From NCBI GenBank assembly GCA_030141605.1, contig JAQGDQ010000711.1:44789-108788 (forward strand): a stretch of DNA of 64,000 nt. The letters run 5' to 3'. Positions 38,567 through 51,410 of this stretch are shown here, in pieces. Position 1 is the first letter of the stretch, and each line of letters opens with the position of its first letter. The notes under the pieces were generated by a model. That model did not search any database and was not told the origin of the DNA. It saw only the letters and a list, made by a program, of their open reading frames with translations. Source of the stretch: Tubiluchus corallicola (taxonomy: Eukaryota; Animalia; Priapulida). The position numbers were made by a program, and so were the translations under genes.

Positions 38567-39466
38567 CTTGTGTTTTAATGGTCAAATTGAATTCTGGGTG
38601 CAGTTTTTTTGTGCGTAATGTACTTTTCACTTGAATACAGGTCAAGGCGTGTTAATTGCACTTATTTTTCAAGCGTTATGCAGTCTCACTGTCTTATTTG
38701 TTTCAAGTTTTGTTAAATAAGTAAAGGAATTTGGAAAATATTGTATTACTGTCTTCATTGGCAGTTATCAGTAGCGTCAGATGTTATTCAATCAAGGTTC
38801 ATAAAAGTCGTTTGTTGACAGAATTTGTGCAATAGCTGTGTTTTCCTAGTTTTGTACTGTTTTAAAAGTTCCTGTCTACTTGTAGGTTTTGTTAAAACGT
38901 GTAGAATGTTACATGTATTTAGATTATGATAACAAGTTGTCTATTGTGCGGATCAATTATTAGGTAATTGTTATGTTTTTGCATACACAAATTTATTTAC
39001 TTTAATTATATATATTATATACATATACATACATATTATGTATATAAAATAATGATAGCATGTAGGTATAACTTAGAATTATACAATATCTCATGTCAAT
39101 GTTGTAATAAAATACGTATGTAAAAATTTGCTTATCGCCGCTTTTGTCTATTACCTAACACATACTTACTCATCAGATTAAATTATGAGAATGGAATTTT
39201 TACTCTAAAAAGCGATTAAATTTGAATCACAACGAACTTCGTAGCGTAAATCAATATGCATGGTTCACAGAATGACATTGTTTCCTCTTTCTTGTCACTA
39301 TGATTGTTGGGAGCAGAGTAGGACAATAGCCGAAATAAGACAGTTGGCGTACACGGGCTAGGCGAAGTAGGACGCGTCGTACATCGGCTAGCCCAAGTAG
39401 GACACTAGAGGCAGGTCACGCACTGAGTCGTTAACCGTGCTGGCAGCGTCAGTTGTCATTGTTTAT

Positions 39467-41400
39467 TTCAAGAGTTTATTCATTCAAGAGTTTATTCATT
39501 TTCCACATTGCATCTTACAATTATCATTAAAATACAGATAATTTTCCATTTAAGTAAATATGAATAAATGCAGTATTATCGAGATATTACAGAATGCGGG
39601 ATATACATGTGCAAATTTCATTACAGAATAATTTTGATGCATACAGTTTGAGCCTAAAAGCATAGCTTGACAGGCCAAACTGTATGTGGAAATCTTAAAA
39701 AAAAATTAATAATAATTTATTTAATAATAATAATAATTGAAAACGTCAATACACGTTGAATAATATTTATTATACATCTGATAAGGAATCTTATTCTGAG
39801 CTAGTAGAACGGCGAATATTAAATTTGGCTTTGCTATTAATCTTTTTGAAGTGAAATAAGCTCGTTTTTAGGCAATTCCAACATTTGCTTAAAGGACAAG
39901 AAAAGGCCTAGTTAAAGCAAGTCTCACAAAATTTCCTCTAAAGAATTATAATGGTTAAACTCAATCTTAAACGAAAACCAGATCATTGTGTAAACATTAG
40001 TTCAGAATAAAGAATACATAGAACATATTACATAGAATACTCTAAAATATTGAAAATTACAGAAGCTTTTTTTAAAAAGCTTAGATTAAACAATAATTAC
40101 CTCGGATCCTCAAATTTTGCTAAACTTTCAAAGCTGCGAGCGACTCAGTGAATCTACTAAGATTGGCAGCGGCGCCTTTTTGTCACATTTATGTGAAACA
40201 GAAGACTGTACTGTGATAAGCACGTATATGAACTACAGTGTTAGTTTCTGACGTCACATGATATGGAGCCCACTTTTCGTGACATCATGCGTTTAAACAG
40301 TACTGTAAGACTTATTCAAATGTGCCTGATGCGCAAGGGAAGACACCTGCTATTGCGAAACCATGGTTAGTTTCTGACGTAGACAATAGCTTAGCTGTGT
40401 TGTTTGTCGTTAACTTTCTAAGCTAATTATTCAAATATAAGGAACAATTGTTGATTTTTATAGGCAAAAAATGTATACTTTGGACAGGACTAAAATGAGA
40501 TTGAGTCAAAACATTCGTCCAGTTTTCTTTTAATCATTTACCATACTCACGTTAAAAGAATTTCCTGTTTGTTTTCATTTAAAATACTCCCTCGAGACAG
40601 TTACGGGCTAAATGAAACATGTCTGTGCCAATGTTTGCTTCAGCGGTTGAAATATTTTACAAAAGTTGGAGTAAATACGAAAACGTGAGTGTTTTTTTTA
40701 TTCGCTTAAGATTATATTTCAATGATATAATTTTTTTATTCCGAATCTTCTGAGGCTTACTTTGGTTAACCATTTTCTTGTCCTATAAGGTATGATATTA
40801 TCATTTTTATTTTATCTCGCTTCACAGATAGGTGATACATTACACTACATCTTGGACAAATAATTGTTTTCTAGTAAGTAAATGGGCTAGCAAACTATGC
40901 GCCCTATGCAGTTTCTTTCTTTAAAGCATTAAATATTTAGTTTAGTGATATGATAATATTAATGGAGCTAATAATAATGATGATAATTGTAAATAAATGC
41001 ATTTGTCAATTGTCAAAGGCTAGCCATCATTATTAAAAAGTACCTTTTTTCTAAAACAAATTTAGTTTTATGTTTTATTATGTCATAGTTATCGATTCTC
41101 GACAGAAATCACCAGTGTCCTAATTGGGTTGCCCATGTGCGGCACTGCTTTTTCGCCAAGTAACACATGCGTTTTAGCGGAAGTATCCCACTTCGGCTGG
41201 TGGCATATTCAGCGCCCTACAATGGTACTTACACTAGATTTGGCAATTTGTCATCTACTAAGATTCATAATAATTATTAAACGAATAAAACTTGGTGTAC
41301 CTTTGTACATTTAAGGAAATTTGTTGTGAAACTATGCCAATTCATCATCATTAAAGCAATATGAACAGTTTCTTCAATATTGGTATCAATCTAATTTGTG
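39467..41400 (-). mobile_element. Degenerate CR1/L2-group LINE 3' fragment, split by a DNA transposon
   Basis: The minus strand rejoined across the insertion reads ISYL-(I)-SKCWNCL (compare the S-I-x-Y-x-G-x-K-x-W-N-x-L LINE C-terminal motif). Tandem tail (aatgaataaactcttg)2 near 39470-39500. Far boundary is approximate. Confidence 0.55.
39893..40784. mobile_element. Second Kolobok-like non-autonomous element
   Basis: TTAA|aggacaagaaaa ... ttttcttgtcct|ATAA: perfect 12-bp TIR and near-perfect TTAA TSD. Confidence 0.75.
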
Positions 41401-43425
41401 CTTTTTTATTGTCGTCTTTATGACAATTTATGAGTTGTGACTTCCGGTCATTGTGGATTCCATACTTGCAAAACGTGCTTTATTGGTTACGACCAGTTCT
41501 GGTTCTTAGGTATAGGGATTAGGGGTACGTGGACAAGTGGATATTGGAACTGAGCTAATAGTTTGACAGGATGTTGGATTAGTGTTAGTTATAAATTGAT
41601 ATGAAAACATAACACTTTTTCAATTATCCAGTAAAAAATTACAGTGATAAGCTAATTTCACTCTGCTACAAAAAGTTAGTAGCTAAAAGGAAGTTGGCTG
41701 GGCGCAGAGAAAGGGGCGAAGACCACTCAATTGTATTGCACCTCAAATGCGAAGGTCTCCCATTGTGATTGCTTTGATCAGTGATCAAGCATTCAGCATG
41801 TTTGTGTAATATATTTGTTAGGATGTGGTGCTGACAAGGCTACTGTCATAGTAGTATTTAGTTGTTTGCTGAATTATTGCTGTGTTACCTCAGGTGGGTT
41901 GATAACCAGTAACTTTTGGCCCACAGCACTAAAGCCCATCTGTGCGTGCACATAGCAAAAATCTGAAATAAACTGATATCCTGAGCTAGAAAAGACTATT
42001 TAGTTTAGTAAATTATATAATTAGTTTAATTACTTTAGTTGGTTCATGTTTTTCTCTTCAAAAGAGTCAGACGACCATAGTTAAGATTGTTTGGTCTTGG
42101 TAGAGGTCTGCACCCTACTGATGTGTAAATACAAATGATGTTTACTACCCGAAATTTTTGATCATTTCACGCCACTCACCGATGTACATTCTCACTATAC
42201 CAGGGCTGCTAGTGGTGACTGTTTTTTTTTGTAGAAGGATTCCATACAAGGTGCGGATGTAATAGTGTTAAAGCAAAAGGAGTTGAATTATGGAACTCTC
42301 TACCAATAAACATTACTACCGGCCCCATAAATACCATCACAAAAAATCGTTACTACACAGATATGTATCAACATTAGAGTAATTGCATTATTTTACTCAG
42401 TTATTTTAATATTATTCAGTTAAAAAATTGTGAATCTAATATTCTGTGCAAATTCATTTAATATGGGAAATCTGCATAAACTACGACATTGTGATTAATT
42501 TCATCGTCATTTTATTTTACCACTGTTTTGTTTATAAAAAATGTTTAAAAAAATTGCTTAAACATATTTCTTGTGTATGGACTATACCTAATTAGCAATT
42601 ACTTGTGTACCGTGATGTAAATTTACTGCTCTGCTTTGCTTTTACATTTCTTTTTTCAATTATTTAATCATACACACATTATTATTAATGCCGAGAATTT
42701 TGTAAACAACTGTACATTATCATCATTTTAATAATTTCGTAACTATTTATTTTGAAACTTATTCATCATCTGCATTTATTGTTATTCTTTTTTTTCACTG
42801 ATGCCATCATTATTATGCAATGGTTCACGTTTCGACCTTTTTCACATTATCACTAATGGCTGGACTGTTTGTTATTGTTATGTTTGTCTCATTTGTTATT
42901 GCTTTTTTTTGATCATTTTATTTAAGTGATTAACAATAATTGCATCCAGTGTCTCATCAATTTTTTTCTGCTATTACAATATTAAATTATAAGGTGTGAG
43001 TGACTAAATGACCCATGGTCTTTTTGTTTCCTTCGATGGATAAAGTAAAGTTTTTTTCTAAAATGGAAATTTATGACACATTATGTTAGGAAAAAATGTC
43101 TATATCTACACCTATGTCTATGTAAGAGTGCCATTCCATAATGATTTTGTGACTGATGATTTTCAAGAATATGCTAATGGAACTTACAGGCAAGATCTCT
43201 CACTAAGAATTTTCTAGATAATTTACTAGTTTCTCTTTTTATTTTACTTCAGGTTGACCAAACCATAGCGGTTAAGAAACAGTTTTCCATCAACTGTGTA
43301 CAGCAGCAATTAGAATTATCCTTACTTCAGTAAGAGGTTATACTGGTGTGATACTGGTAGTATATTCCACTTGACTAGAAGAAATATGACTCTTGATTTT
43401 TGCTGCAGATTACTATAAGATTATC

Positions 43426-44781
43426 ATGTCTTCATCACCTAAGTCATCAAAAATGAATGTTATAGCTGACGTGTCAGTTTTTGACATTAGGTTTCCAACT
43501 TGGCTGGATGGTTTGTCAGATGCCATGCACCCCGATTTGATTATGTCTTGTGCTTATCTTATACTAACGACAACTAGTGGTGAAACAGGGTGTGGTCTTA
43601 CTTTTACGCTTGGCGATAGCACACCAATTGTGGTAAAAGCCATAGAGTCAATGAGGCATCTTTACCACGGAGAGTGTGTTAATGATATTTTCTCCAATTT
43701 TGCTTCTTTTTGGCGGAAGCTTACTAGTGACAGCCAAATGAGATGGATTGGCCCTGAGAAAGGTGTTATACATCTGGCCACAGCTGCCATTATAAATGCT
43801 TTGTGGGATTTATGGAGCAAAATGGAGACTAAACCAGTGTGGAAACTGCTAGCTGATATGAGTCCCGAGCAAATTGTGTCGTTAATTGACTTTCGATATA
43901 TAACTGATGTTCTCACTCCTGATGAGGCTCTTCGCATATTGAAAGAAAATGAAGTGTCAAAAGAGAAAAGAATTGAATATTTGTCTAAAAATGGATATCC
44001 AGCTTATACTACATCGGTTGGTTGGCTAGGCCATAGTGAAGAAAAGATGGAACAATTGGCTCAAGAAGCATTGAAAGCAGGATGGACGAAGTTTAAGATG
44101 AAAGTGGGTCATGACATAAAAGATGAACACCGCAGATTAGGAATTATGCGAAAGGTGATAGGAGAAGAAAATACGCTAATGGTCGATGCAAATCAGAAAT
44201 GGGACGTCGAAGAGGCAATACAACACATGCAATCATTGCTGGAGTTCCGACCAGTGTGGATTGAGGAACCAACATCACCTGACGATATCCTAGGTCATGC
44301 AGCCATCGCTAAAGCTCTGAATCCACTTGGAATTGGAGTCGCTACTGGAGAACATTGTCATAATCGGATCATGTTCAAACAGTTTTTGCAGGCTAAGGCA
44401 ATTCAATTTTGTCAGATTGACGCAGCACGTCTTGGTGGGCCTAATGAAGTCATTGCTGTCTTGCTGATGGCAAAGAAATTTAATGTTCCAGTGTGCCCTC
44501 ACACTGGAGGAGTAGGACTGTGCGAAATGGCACAACACATGGCCTTCTTTAATTACATTTACGTTGATGGTTCTTTGGACGACCATGTTATTGAGTACAT
44601 TGATGAACTACATGAGCATTTTGTCAATCCTGTTAAGATTTTAAATGCTAGGTATATGTTACCCTTAAAACCAGGCTTCTCCACTGAACTAAAGCCCAAA
44701 ACCTTCGAGAATTATCAGTATCCAGAAGGCAAAGTTTGGCAGCAGCTTATTGTTGAAGGTAAATTCAGCAAGGCTTATTAA
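43426..44781 (+). CDS. ENOSF1: Enolase superfamily member 1 / L-fuconate dehydratase (mandelate racemase subgroup), single-exon CDS
   Basis: Motifs DIRFPT, SDAMH, QMRWIGPEKGVIHLATAA, IDFRYITDVLT, GYPAYTTS, KFKMKVG, DANQKWDV, WIEEPTSPDDILGH, ATGEHCHNR and VCPHTGGVGLCE. First ATG at 43426 (alternative 43453). Confidence 0.96.
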   Translation: MSSSPKSSKMNVIADVSVFDIRFPTWLDGLSDAMHPDLIMSCAYLILTTTSGETGCGLTFTLGDSTPIVVKAIESMRHLYHGECVNDIFSNFASFWRKLTSDSQMRWIGPEKGVIHLATAAIINALWDLWSKMETKPVWKLLADMSPEQIVSLIDFRYITDVLTPDEALRILKENEVSKEKRIEYLSKNGYPAYTTSVGWLGHSEEKMEQLAQEALKAGWTKFKMKVGHDIKDEHRRLGIMRKVIGEENTLMVDANQKWDVEEAIQHMQSLLEFRPVWIEEPTSPDDILGHAAIAKALNPLGIGVATGEHCHNRIMFKQFLQAKAIQFCQIDAARLGGPNEVIAVLLMAKKFNVPVCPHTGGVGLCEMAQHMAFFNYIYVDGSLDDHVIEYIDELHEHFVNPVKILNARYMLPLKPGFSTELKPKTFENYQYPEGKVWQQLIVEGKFSKAY

Positions 44782-45046
44782 TTAATTGTAATTTACATTA
44801 TAGAAATTAACAAACATCTTCCTCAATGCCTAGACTGGTGTAGAGAATTCTGTGCCTTTTGTCAGTAAGTATGATTAATAGTGTATCATGATAAATTATA
44901 ACAAATTGATCACCCTTTTTTTATTTTAATTAGAGATAAGAGACTCAGTGAATTGGCAGTAGCTGTGATGTAAGGCCAACACTAGATTATACTGCAGATT
45001 CTATTTTGTATGTTTTGGATGTTATATGCAGACTCATTGGCTAAAT

Positions 45047-45050
<4 letters not shown>

Positions 45051-45107
<57 letters not shown>
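45051..45107. repeat. (AT)n microsatellite
   Basis: Direct reading. Confidence 0.95.
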
Positions 45108-45110
<3 letters not shown>

Positions 45111-46010
45111 TTTAGTGCATTTGTGATAATAATTTGTTATACTAAGTCAATAAAATGAACTAGTGTCAGTATGGGACTCTAGACATTATTACCAGGCTGA
45201 TATATTGGTTCTGGTTTAGCGTAACGAGGTGTGTTAATATTTACATATTTTGTTTTGCTAAAAATTTTGTGTTAATTGAGGTTGGAAATATAAAGGGGAG
45301 CTATAACGAGATTTGACTCCAATTACCAAATCTATAGTATATTTTTGATATTTCAGTGACATGTAATAAAAGCTTCTAAGGTTTAAACATTAAATTTCAA
45401 CAATAAAAAGAAAAGACACATGTTTCTCTTATAGATTGATCTTTTTTATCAAGATTAAATTTTCATTATAAACACCTTTTGTTTTTGTGTTGCTTATTGT
45501 TTTTCTGTAGGCTTGTTTGCCCTCTACAGATAAACCCACAATTGGGCATTTCAAGAAAAGGAAAATTTTGGGCATTGTCATCCATTTTTTCAAAGTTGTG
45601 TTATTTTTGTCAGAAAAAGATCGAGAAGGATCACGTCTGTTGCAATAATATTCACGTGTATCTTTAATGAAATGCAATTTCAATGAAATGCAGAAGATGT
45701 TTGCAATTGCCAAAGTACCTGGTAAGTTTTTGTTTACCACTTTTCAATTGACAAAGTCAAATATATTTGTTAGATAGCCAAAGCCTAACAAACAGGTCAG
45801 TCTTGAGTCAACAAAAAGACTTTGCAGCTTCAACTGGGTTTCAATTTTTTCTTAATTTTGCCATGCAAAATGAGGATGCGTCTTGTACGCCATATAATTT
45901 ATGGCGAAAAATGCGGTGAAAATTTTTCCGCTGCATTACGAAGGTAAATGTGCTGCACCCCGTGGTGCGCCAGTGCTTCCCAGGATTTGAGTGTGAATGA
46001 TGATCAAAGC

Positions 46011-46024
46011 GGTACCATGACAAC
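46011..46024. promoter_or_regulatory. Candidate RFX X-box in the putative promoter of the Sp17-like gene
   Basis: GGTACCATGACAAC (reverse complement GTTGTCATGGTACC) resembles GTTGCCATGGCAAC. It lies in a CpG-richer patch about 140 bp before a possible donor (c|gtaagg, 46165). Confidence 0.5.
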
Positions 46025-47784
46025 GTTTAGCGTTCTTAATTTTCTCACTCGTCACGCTGGCTTGGTTCTCACTACTAGTGATCAAACATAAACATCTGTC
46101 AATAATTGTGTAAAAATTTTAGTAAAGACCTGAAAGATACCTTAAAATTTGGAGAAATTTTTTCGTAAGGTGAAAAATTTTAGCGGTGTTTTATTTTTTA
46201 CTGGGTTGTTGCTGTGTTTATCTGTCTTGAGGGCAGATTTCTTTTAAGTTTTATTTTAAAGTTAAAGCTCTGCCTGTCCAATGGGCTTATGATGATGATG
46301 AAAGATTTATACAATTTTGTTTAATAGCGTGCAACCTCTCAGAGAAACGTGAGTATATAATTATAGTTTACTGCAATATTCATTATATATTATAGGGCAG
46401 TAGCGATATACCTATGTCACAATACGATTCATATCATGATTATTACTAGCATTAACCTCATGGTACGATACATATCACAATACACATGAGTTAACATTTT
46501 CAGGCTCTAATAAAATAACTAGATTAGGCTGTTGGTATATTATATATTAGATTTATCAAATAATTTAAGATTATATTGCTGATTAAGCTCTAAAATAATT
46601 CAGCAAACTATTTGATTTCTGGTGGTACTCGTGTATTGTTTACATTGTAAGCCATCAGAAATGCAAAACATTTCAACACTTTTGACTTAAAGTATGCTAA
46701 TTCATTTTCTAGTCCACATTTACTGCAAGCCATTTCAGAAACTTATAAAAAACATAATTAATCCACTATAGATAATTATAAACACAATGCGTGTGTTCAG
46801 CTGTTTCGCTTTGGCTGCTAGCAGCAGGTCTTCCTGTGTCAAGTCTGCACAAAATGCTGCACTCGCCACACAATGTGTTACATATCCATGCAGTGTACTT
46901 TACAGCTGTGTCTTGAATTATTTCACACTTTTGTGTGAGCATAGTCAAGCATGTGCTCAATATGAACGATTCGGATTATCTCAATAATGGCGAACTTTGA
47001 CGATACACGTATTATCCCAAAACTTATCAAGATGCATTGATGTTTGTTACAACCCTAGTATTGAATCATTTTATTTGGCATTTTTACATGGTGACGTAAC
47101 GCAAAACAATGTAACCGTGCACGATGATGCTAAATTTCATATAGGCACAATTTATAAACTTGCTATAGTTATAGTTTTAAACGTGTTGAACTATATAATT
47201 GTAATTTAGCTGTAACAGAACTTAATTAAGTTTGAGAAAATAAAACGTTAATAATTGATAGGTAATTGATAATTTTGCCTGGTCTACAACCGTGTGTCGT
47301 ACAGTTAGTAATACTATTGAAGTATTTAAATTTTTTTATTGAACTTTGGAAGCACTGAATTAATTTGAATGGGTCTTTGGATGGTCTTGGAGTTGTTTGT
47401 TATGAAATTAGTACCAAAAATGTTGGCACCTATCACGAATGATCTTGTGTAGACTGTAGATTTCATGTCATTGATAAATGGTACTCCCAATTGAATGCCT
47501 AAATTTATTGCAGTGTTTACTGAGTACAGGCTTATATACTGTTTCAGGATCGCTAAAAACTTTTTCATGGAATTTAATTAGGAATAATTTTGCATAAGCC
47601 GATAAGGTTGAGAGATCACATTTTGTCAAATGTTGTCAAGCATACTGAGTTGTTCAGCACACTGACTAACGGTCCAGTGCACATTGACCACAATCTTTAA
47701 AATATGGCCAATAAGAGCTCCAATCAAAGCTGTTTCCAAAGACCATAGAAAAAGTCTAAATTTTATAATGCAGCCTTTCACATA

Positions 47785-47973
47785 AGTGGCGTTTACCTAG
47801 CATCTGGAATGCGGATACATTTTGGGGGTTGTGGAGTAAATAAAATTGGTTTATATTGTTTTCAATGCATTTGTTTATCAGACCTACATGATCCTTTTTT
47901 CTGCAGCCCTTTCCTAATGATTTTCTATTCTGCAGATAACGCGGATGCATTCTGGATGCTAGGTAAATGTCAC
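47785..47973. mobile_element. Small fold-back element/MITE
   Basis: Inverted repeat of about 27 bp: gtggcgtttacctagcatctggaatgc ... gcattctggatgctaggtaaatgtcac. Confidence 0.6.
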
Positions 47974-48779
47974 TTTATTGTATATAATAAAAATATAATA
48001 AAAGATAGCTAGGTATGTCAGAAAAATCTATATCTCATTTGAATCTATTAAAATTCAAATTTGCAAATTCAATATAGTGGTAACGACATCGTGTAGTGAG
48101 TAGCTGTATAATGTAGTTTAACAGAATTAGGTCTAATGAGAGTTGTGTCACACTATAAGCTAGTAATAGTTATTTAGGTGTCACACAGCCTTTTCACTGT
48201 TTCATTGTGCACTGTTGCTGTAGGTAAAAGGTTCTGTAGGTGCTGTAGGTAAAAGGAGCGTACCTCAGTAATGTGTCTTGACTACAACCGTTGCATGACA
48301 TATGGGTAAAGCAAAACCAGTTGCCTCCTCAGTTCAGTAATTTCAGTTGGTTTACGTGAACGTTACTCAATTATGTGTTAGTCTGTGCGTAGAGTGATTC
48401 GCTAGCAGAATCTTGCTTGGGAAGAAGAAAAAATGAGCTAGGTAAGGAAATAGCTAGTTGTTAAAGCTATTAGTAAATTACAATACCTTGGACTGCATGG
48501 CATTATCAAGTGTATGCAAATGTGTTGTCTGATACACTTAACCTTTGACCTTTTCACGGTCATCATCAATCGCTATAGCAGATTGATCAGCAAGGACTGG
48601 ATTTCAAGTAGTTAGGACTCAACTTGAATTTGAGCAGTGAAGACTTGACTATATCACTGATATGTATAGTACAACGTACAGTATGTTAGTAATACTTGCA
48701 TGATTTAGATGCTGTAGTAATACCATTCTATATAATCAGTATTGATTCTTAAATTTTTCTTTGCCAGGGTTTAAGCCAG

Positions 48780-48939
48780 ATGAATTTCTCCAAGGAACGC
48801 GTTACAATTCCACCAGGTTTTGACGAACTTCTGATAAAATTTAGTCGAGAAGTCCTTCGACATCAACCGAGTGATATATTCGCATTTGGAGCTGATCATT
48901 TCCTAGAAGAATTGAGACGGAGAGACGGATTAGCTCCCA
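48780..48939 (+). CDS. Sp17/SPA17-like RIIa-IQ protein, coding exon 1 (RIIa dimerization/docking domain)
   Basis: MNFSKERVTIPPGFDELLIKFSREVLRHQPSDIFAFGADHFLEELRRR matches the RIIa D/D pattern (IP.GF..LL....RE.LR.QP..I..F...F). Acceptor before 48768, gtatgt donor, phase 1. Confidence 0.88.
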
Positions 48940-51304
48940 GTATGTCTTGCTGATTATTGTAATAGAATCTGTTGTCAGGGCTCATACATTTTATAAAAGC
49001 TATGTGGAGAACCAGGTATTAAGTACTATGAAAACCACCAGATGTCTAACTATATGCTAATTTTCCAGACTTATATTTATGGATGGATAAGACACGATGT
49101 TCTCCGTCTAAGCTACTTGCGATAAATTATATGTGAAGCGAATCTTCTCGGTTTCCCATGGTTCCACAGAAGATTTGTTTTTTAATTTGGGACATTTGGA
49201 GGAACCGTGGAACAAAAAAAAACTCCAAAAATGTCGCCATTGTTCCCACAGTTTCCCATTGTTTTTTTCTCAAGCTTTTAAAGTGACTGCGAGAGTTGTG
49301 TGGTATGTGTCATTGGAAAGAGCATTCAGCATAGATTGTAGCAGGCTTAGTTTAATTTCCTGGCATTTCCATATTTGGTGTTTTTCATGACCCACTCAAC
49401 CGACTTTGTTTATATTTTTATCAAATACCATGTAGATATTTGTGCAGCACTTCCTAGGGATTTTGGAAGGATATTTATGACTGCTTTGAAAGAGGAGGAG
49501 CAGCACTACATGTTGATGTGGGTCTCTTTTTGGCATGTTTCCATCAGGAGGAACTGCTACAGGTCTCATGCAGATTCCATTTTGCTCTTGCTTAGAAAAC
49601 AGCTGACGCAAAGCACTATCTGTGACACTGTATTGTACAATGCTTGTATTTAGCTCATTTTATTAAGCTGCTGCTGGCTGTTAAAATTTGTAAGTGGTAC
49701 CTGCTAGCCTATTACCATCATTACCATCATTAAAGGAGTAGTTTACAAAGACTGTGTAGGATTTTTGTACATTAGTGATCATTAGTGCACAGGTCTGAGA
49801 GCATTTGACTATGCACAAAATGTTTTTACAAGTTTTCCCTAAGCTGTTGTTTTTGTTGTTCTTCTTGCTGCTACTGTGGTCATCATTGTCACCATTGTTT
49901 TCACCATCGAGAGCAGTGACAGTAGCATGGTGCGGTGTGAATGGTATGGTGTCATGTGAGTGGTGTGACAGGTGTGGTGTGGTGGACAGGGCCGACACTA
50001 GGTAGTTTGACGTCCTAGACAAAAGTATTTTTAACGCTCTTTCTCAACTGCCAACCCCTTTCCTATGGCCCCCTGCGCCCCACCCACAAAACTGAACTTC
50101 TATTGTATATAATAAAGTATAATGCTACCTGTGTATTAGGCTTACACATGTATTATAGGGACTAATTAAGTGTAGCTAATTACCTCTCTACAGCTTGTGT
50201 TGATTTCATTTGAAGTGAATTTATTACTCCATTGTTGTATGTCCAGAGTCTTTAGGAGCAACAAAAACGCTGCATACTCTTAACCTGTACACACTTGGCT
50301 AGATTTTTACTCAGACTTTTCATCAGAAAATTTTAACCCCTTTTCCACATACAAGCATTTCACTACTTTCATAATCGTCACAACTATGACCTCTGTTTGG
50401 ATGCAAGTACTTCATTAGTGAATCTTAGACTTCATTAGACTTCGATTCGTAGAGGTTTCTCCACCACAGTTAGATTTATAAATGCTCTTGCTAGAAACGT
50501 TTTTTAAATGAACATTTCACTTATATCTGTTTACAATGTTGTAATCTTGGGAAACCAGGTAAAGCAAAAAAAATAGTTTTGGTGAGAGAAGCCAGTTCCA
50601 TGTTTGTGTCGATGAGTCATGTATTGTGAGAGGAAAATAATGCAAGCAGTACATTTCATTAAGTCAACATAGTGTTGTGCAGTTAAGCAATTATACATAC
50701 ACTATGTTATTACGTATGCTAAAGCTGAACTTAAAAATTAAAGAATTACTTCCAAAATCTAGCGCCCCAAAATTTGGCAGCCTAGGCAACTACTGGTTTG
50801 CCTAGTGCCAGTAGTAGAGCTGGCCCTGCTGGGGGGGGGGGGGGTGATGTGGTGTGGATGGTCATTGTGGGCCTATGTGCAAAATTCTTTTATGTGGTTT
50901 GGCTAGTTAAAATTTTAAGAAATAAAGGCTTATTTTAATTATCAGTATTTTTCTAAGCTATTGATACCCTATGACTCATAGACTTGAGAAGCATTAGAAA
51001 GCATTAGAAAGCATTAAAAAGCATTAGAATTAAGCAGCTTGTTTTTTTGTAATCCATGCTGTGAAATCTTTAAGAGTCTTTCTAAGCAAAATATCTTATT
51101 ATTTTGCAAATTTTCTAAGTGCACTTTAAAGGTCGTTGTTCCTCCCTTTTGTCTATGTTCATCTCTAGAGCATGAAAATCTTTTTGAAGATTTTATAGTG
51201 ACAAAGACAGCCGTTGAGCTACCAAGACTGCTCATATAACTTCTGTTTAAAAAAAGTATTTGTCGTTTTGCTTTAAAATGTTTTCCTGTTACTTTGTATT
51301 CCAG

Positions 51305-51410
51305 TTGGTAGACCACACTATACATTTGATGCTAAAGCTGATGAACAATCATTAGTCCGTCAAGCAGATACTGTATATGGATTGCTTACAGATACCGAGT
51401 CTCAACATGG
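51305..51410 (+). CDS. RIIa-IQ protein coding exon 2
   Basis: ttccag acceptor, gtaaat donor, phase 1 to 2; open frame IGRPHYTFDAKADEQSLVRQ... Confidence 0.7.

Noticed and set aside
43393-44781. Bacterial fucD by horizontal transfer or contamination; TTG start at 43393
   Set aside because: Sequence features resemble animal ENOSF1, and the flanks have splice acceptors and AATAAA signals. A TTG start is not expected in a eukaryote, so ATG 43426 was used.
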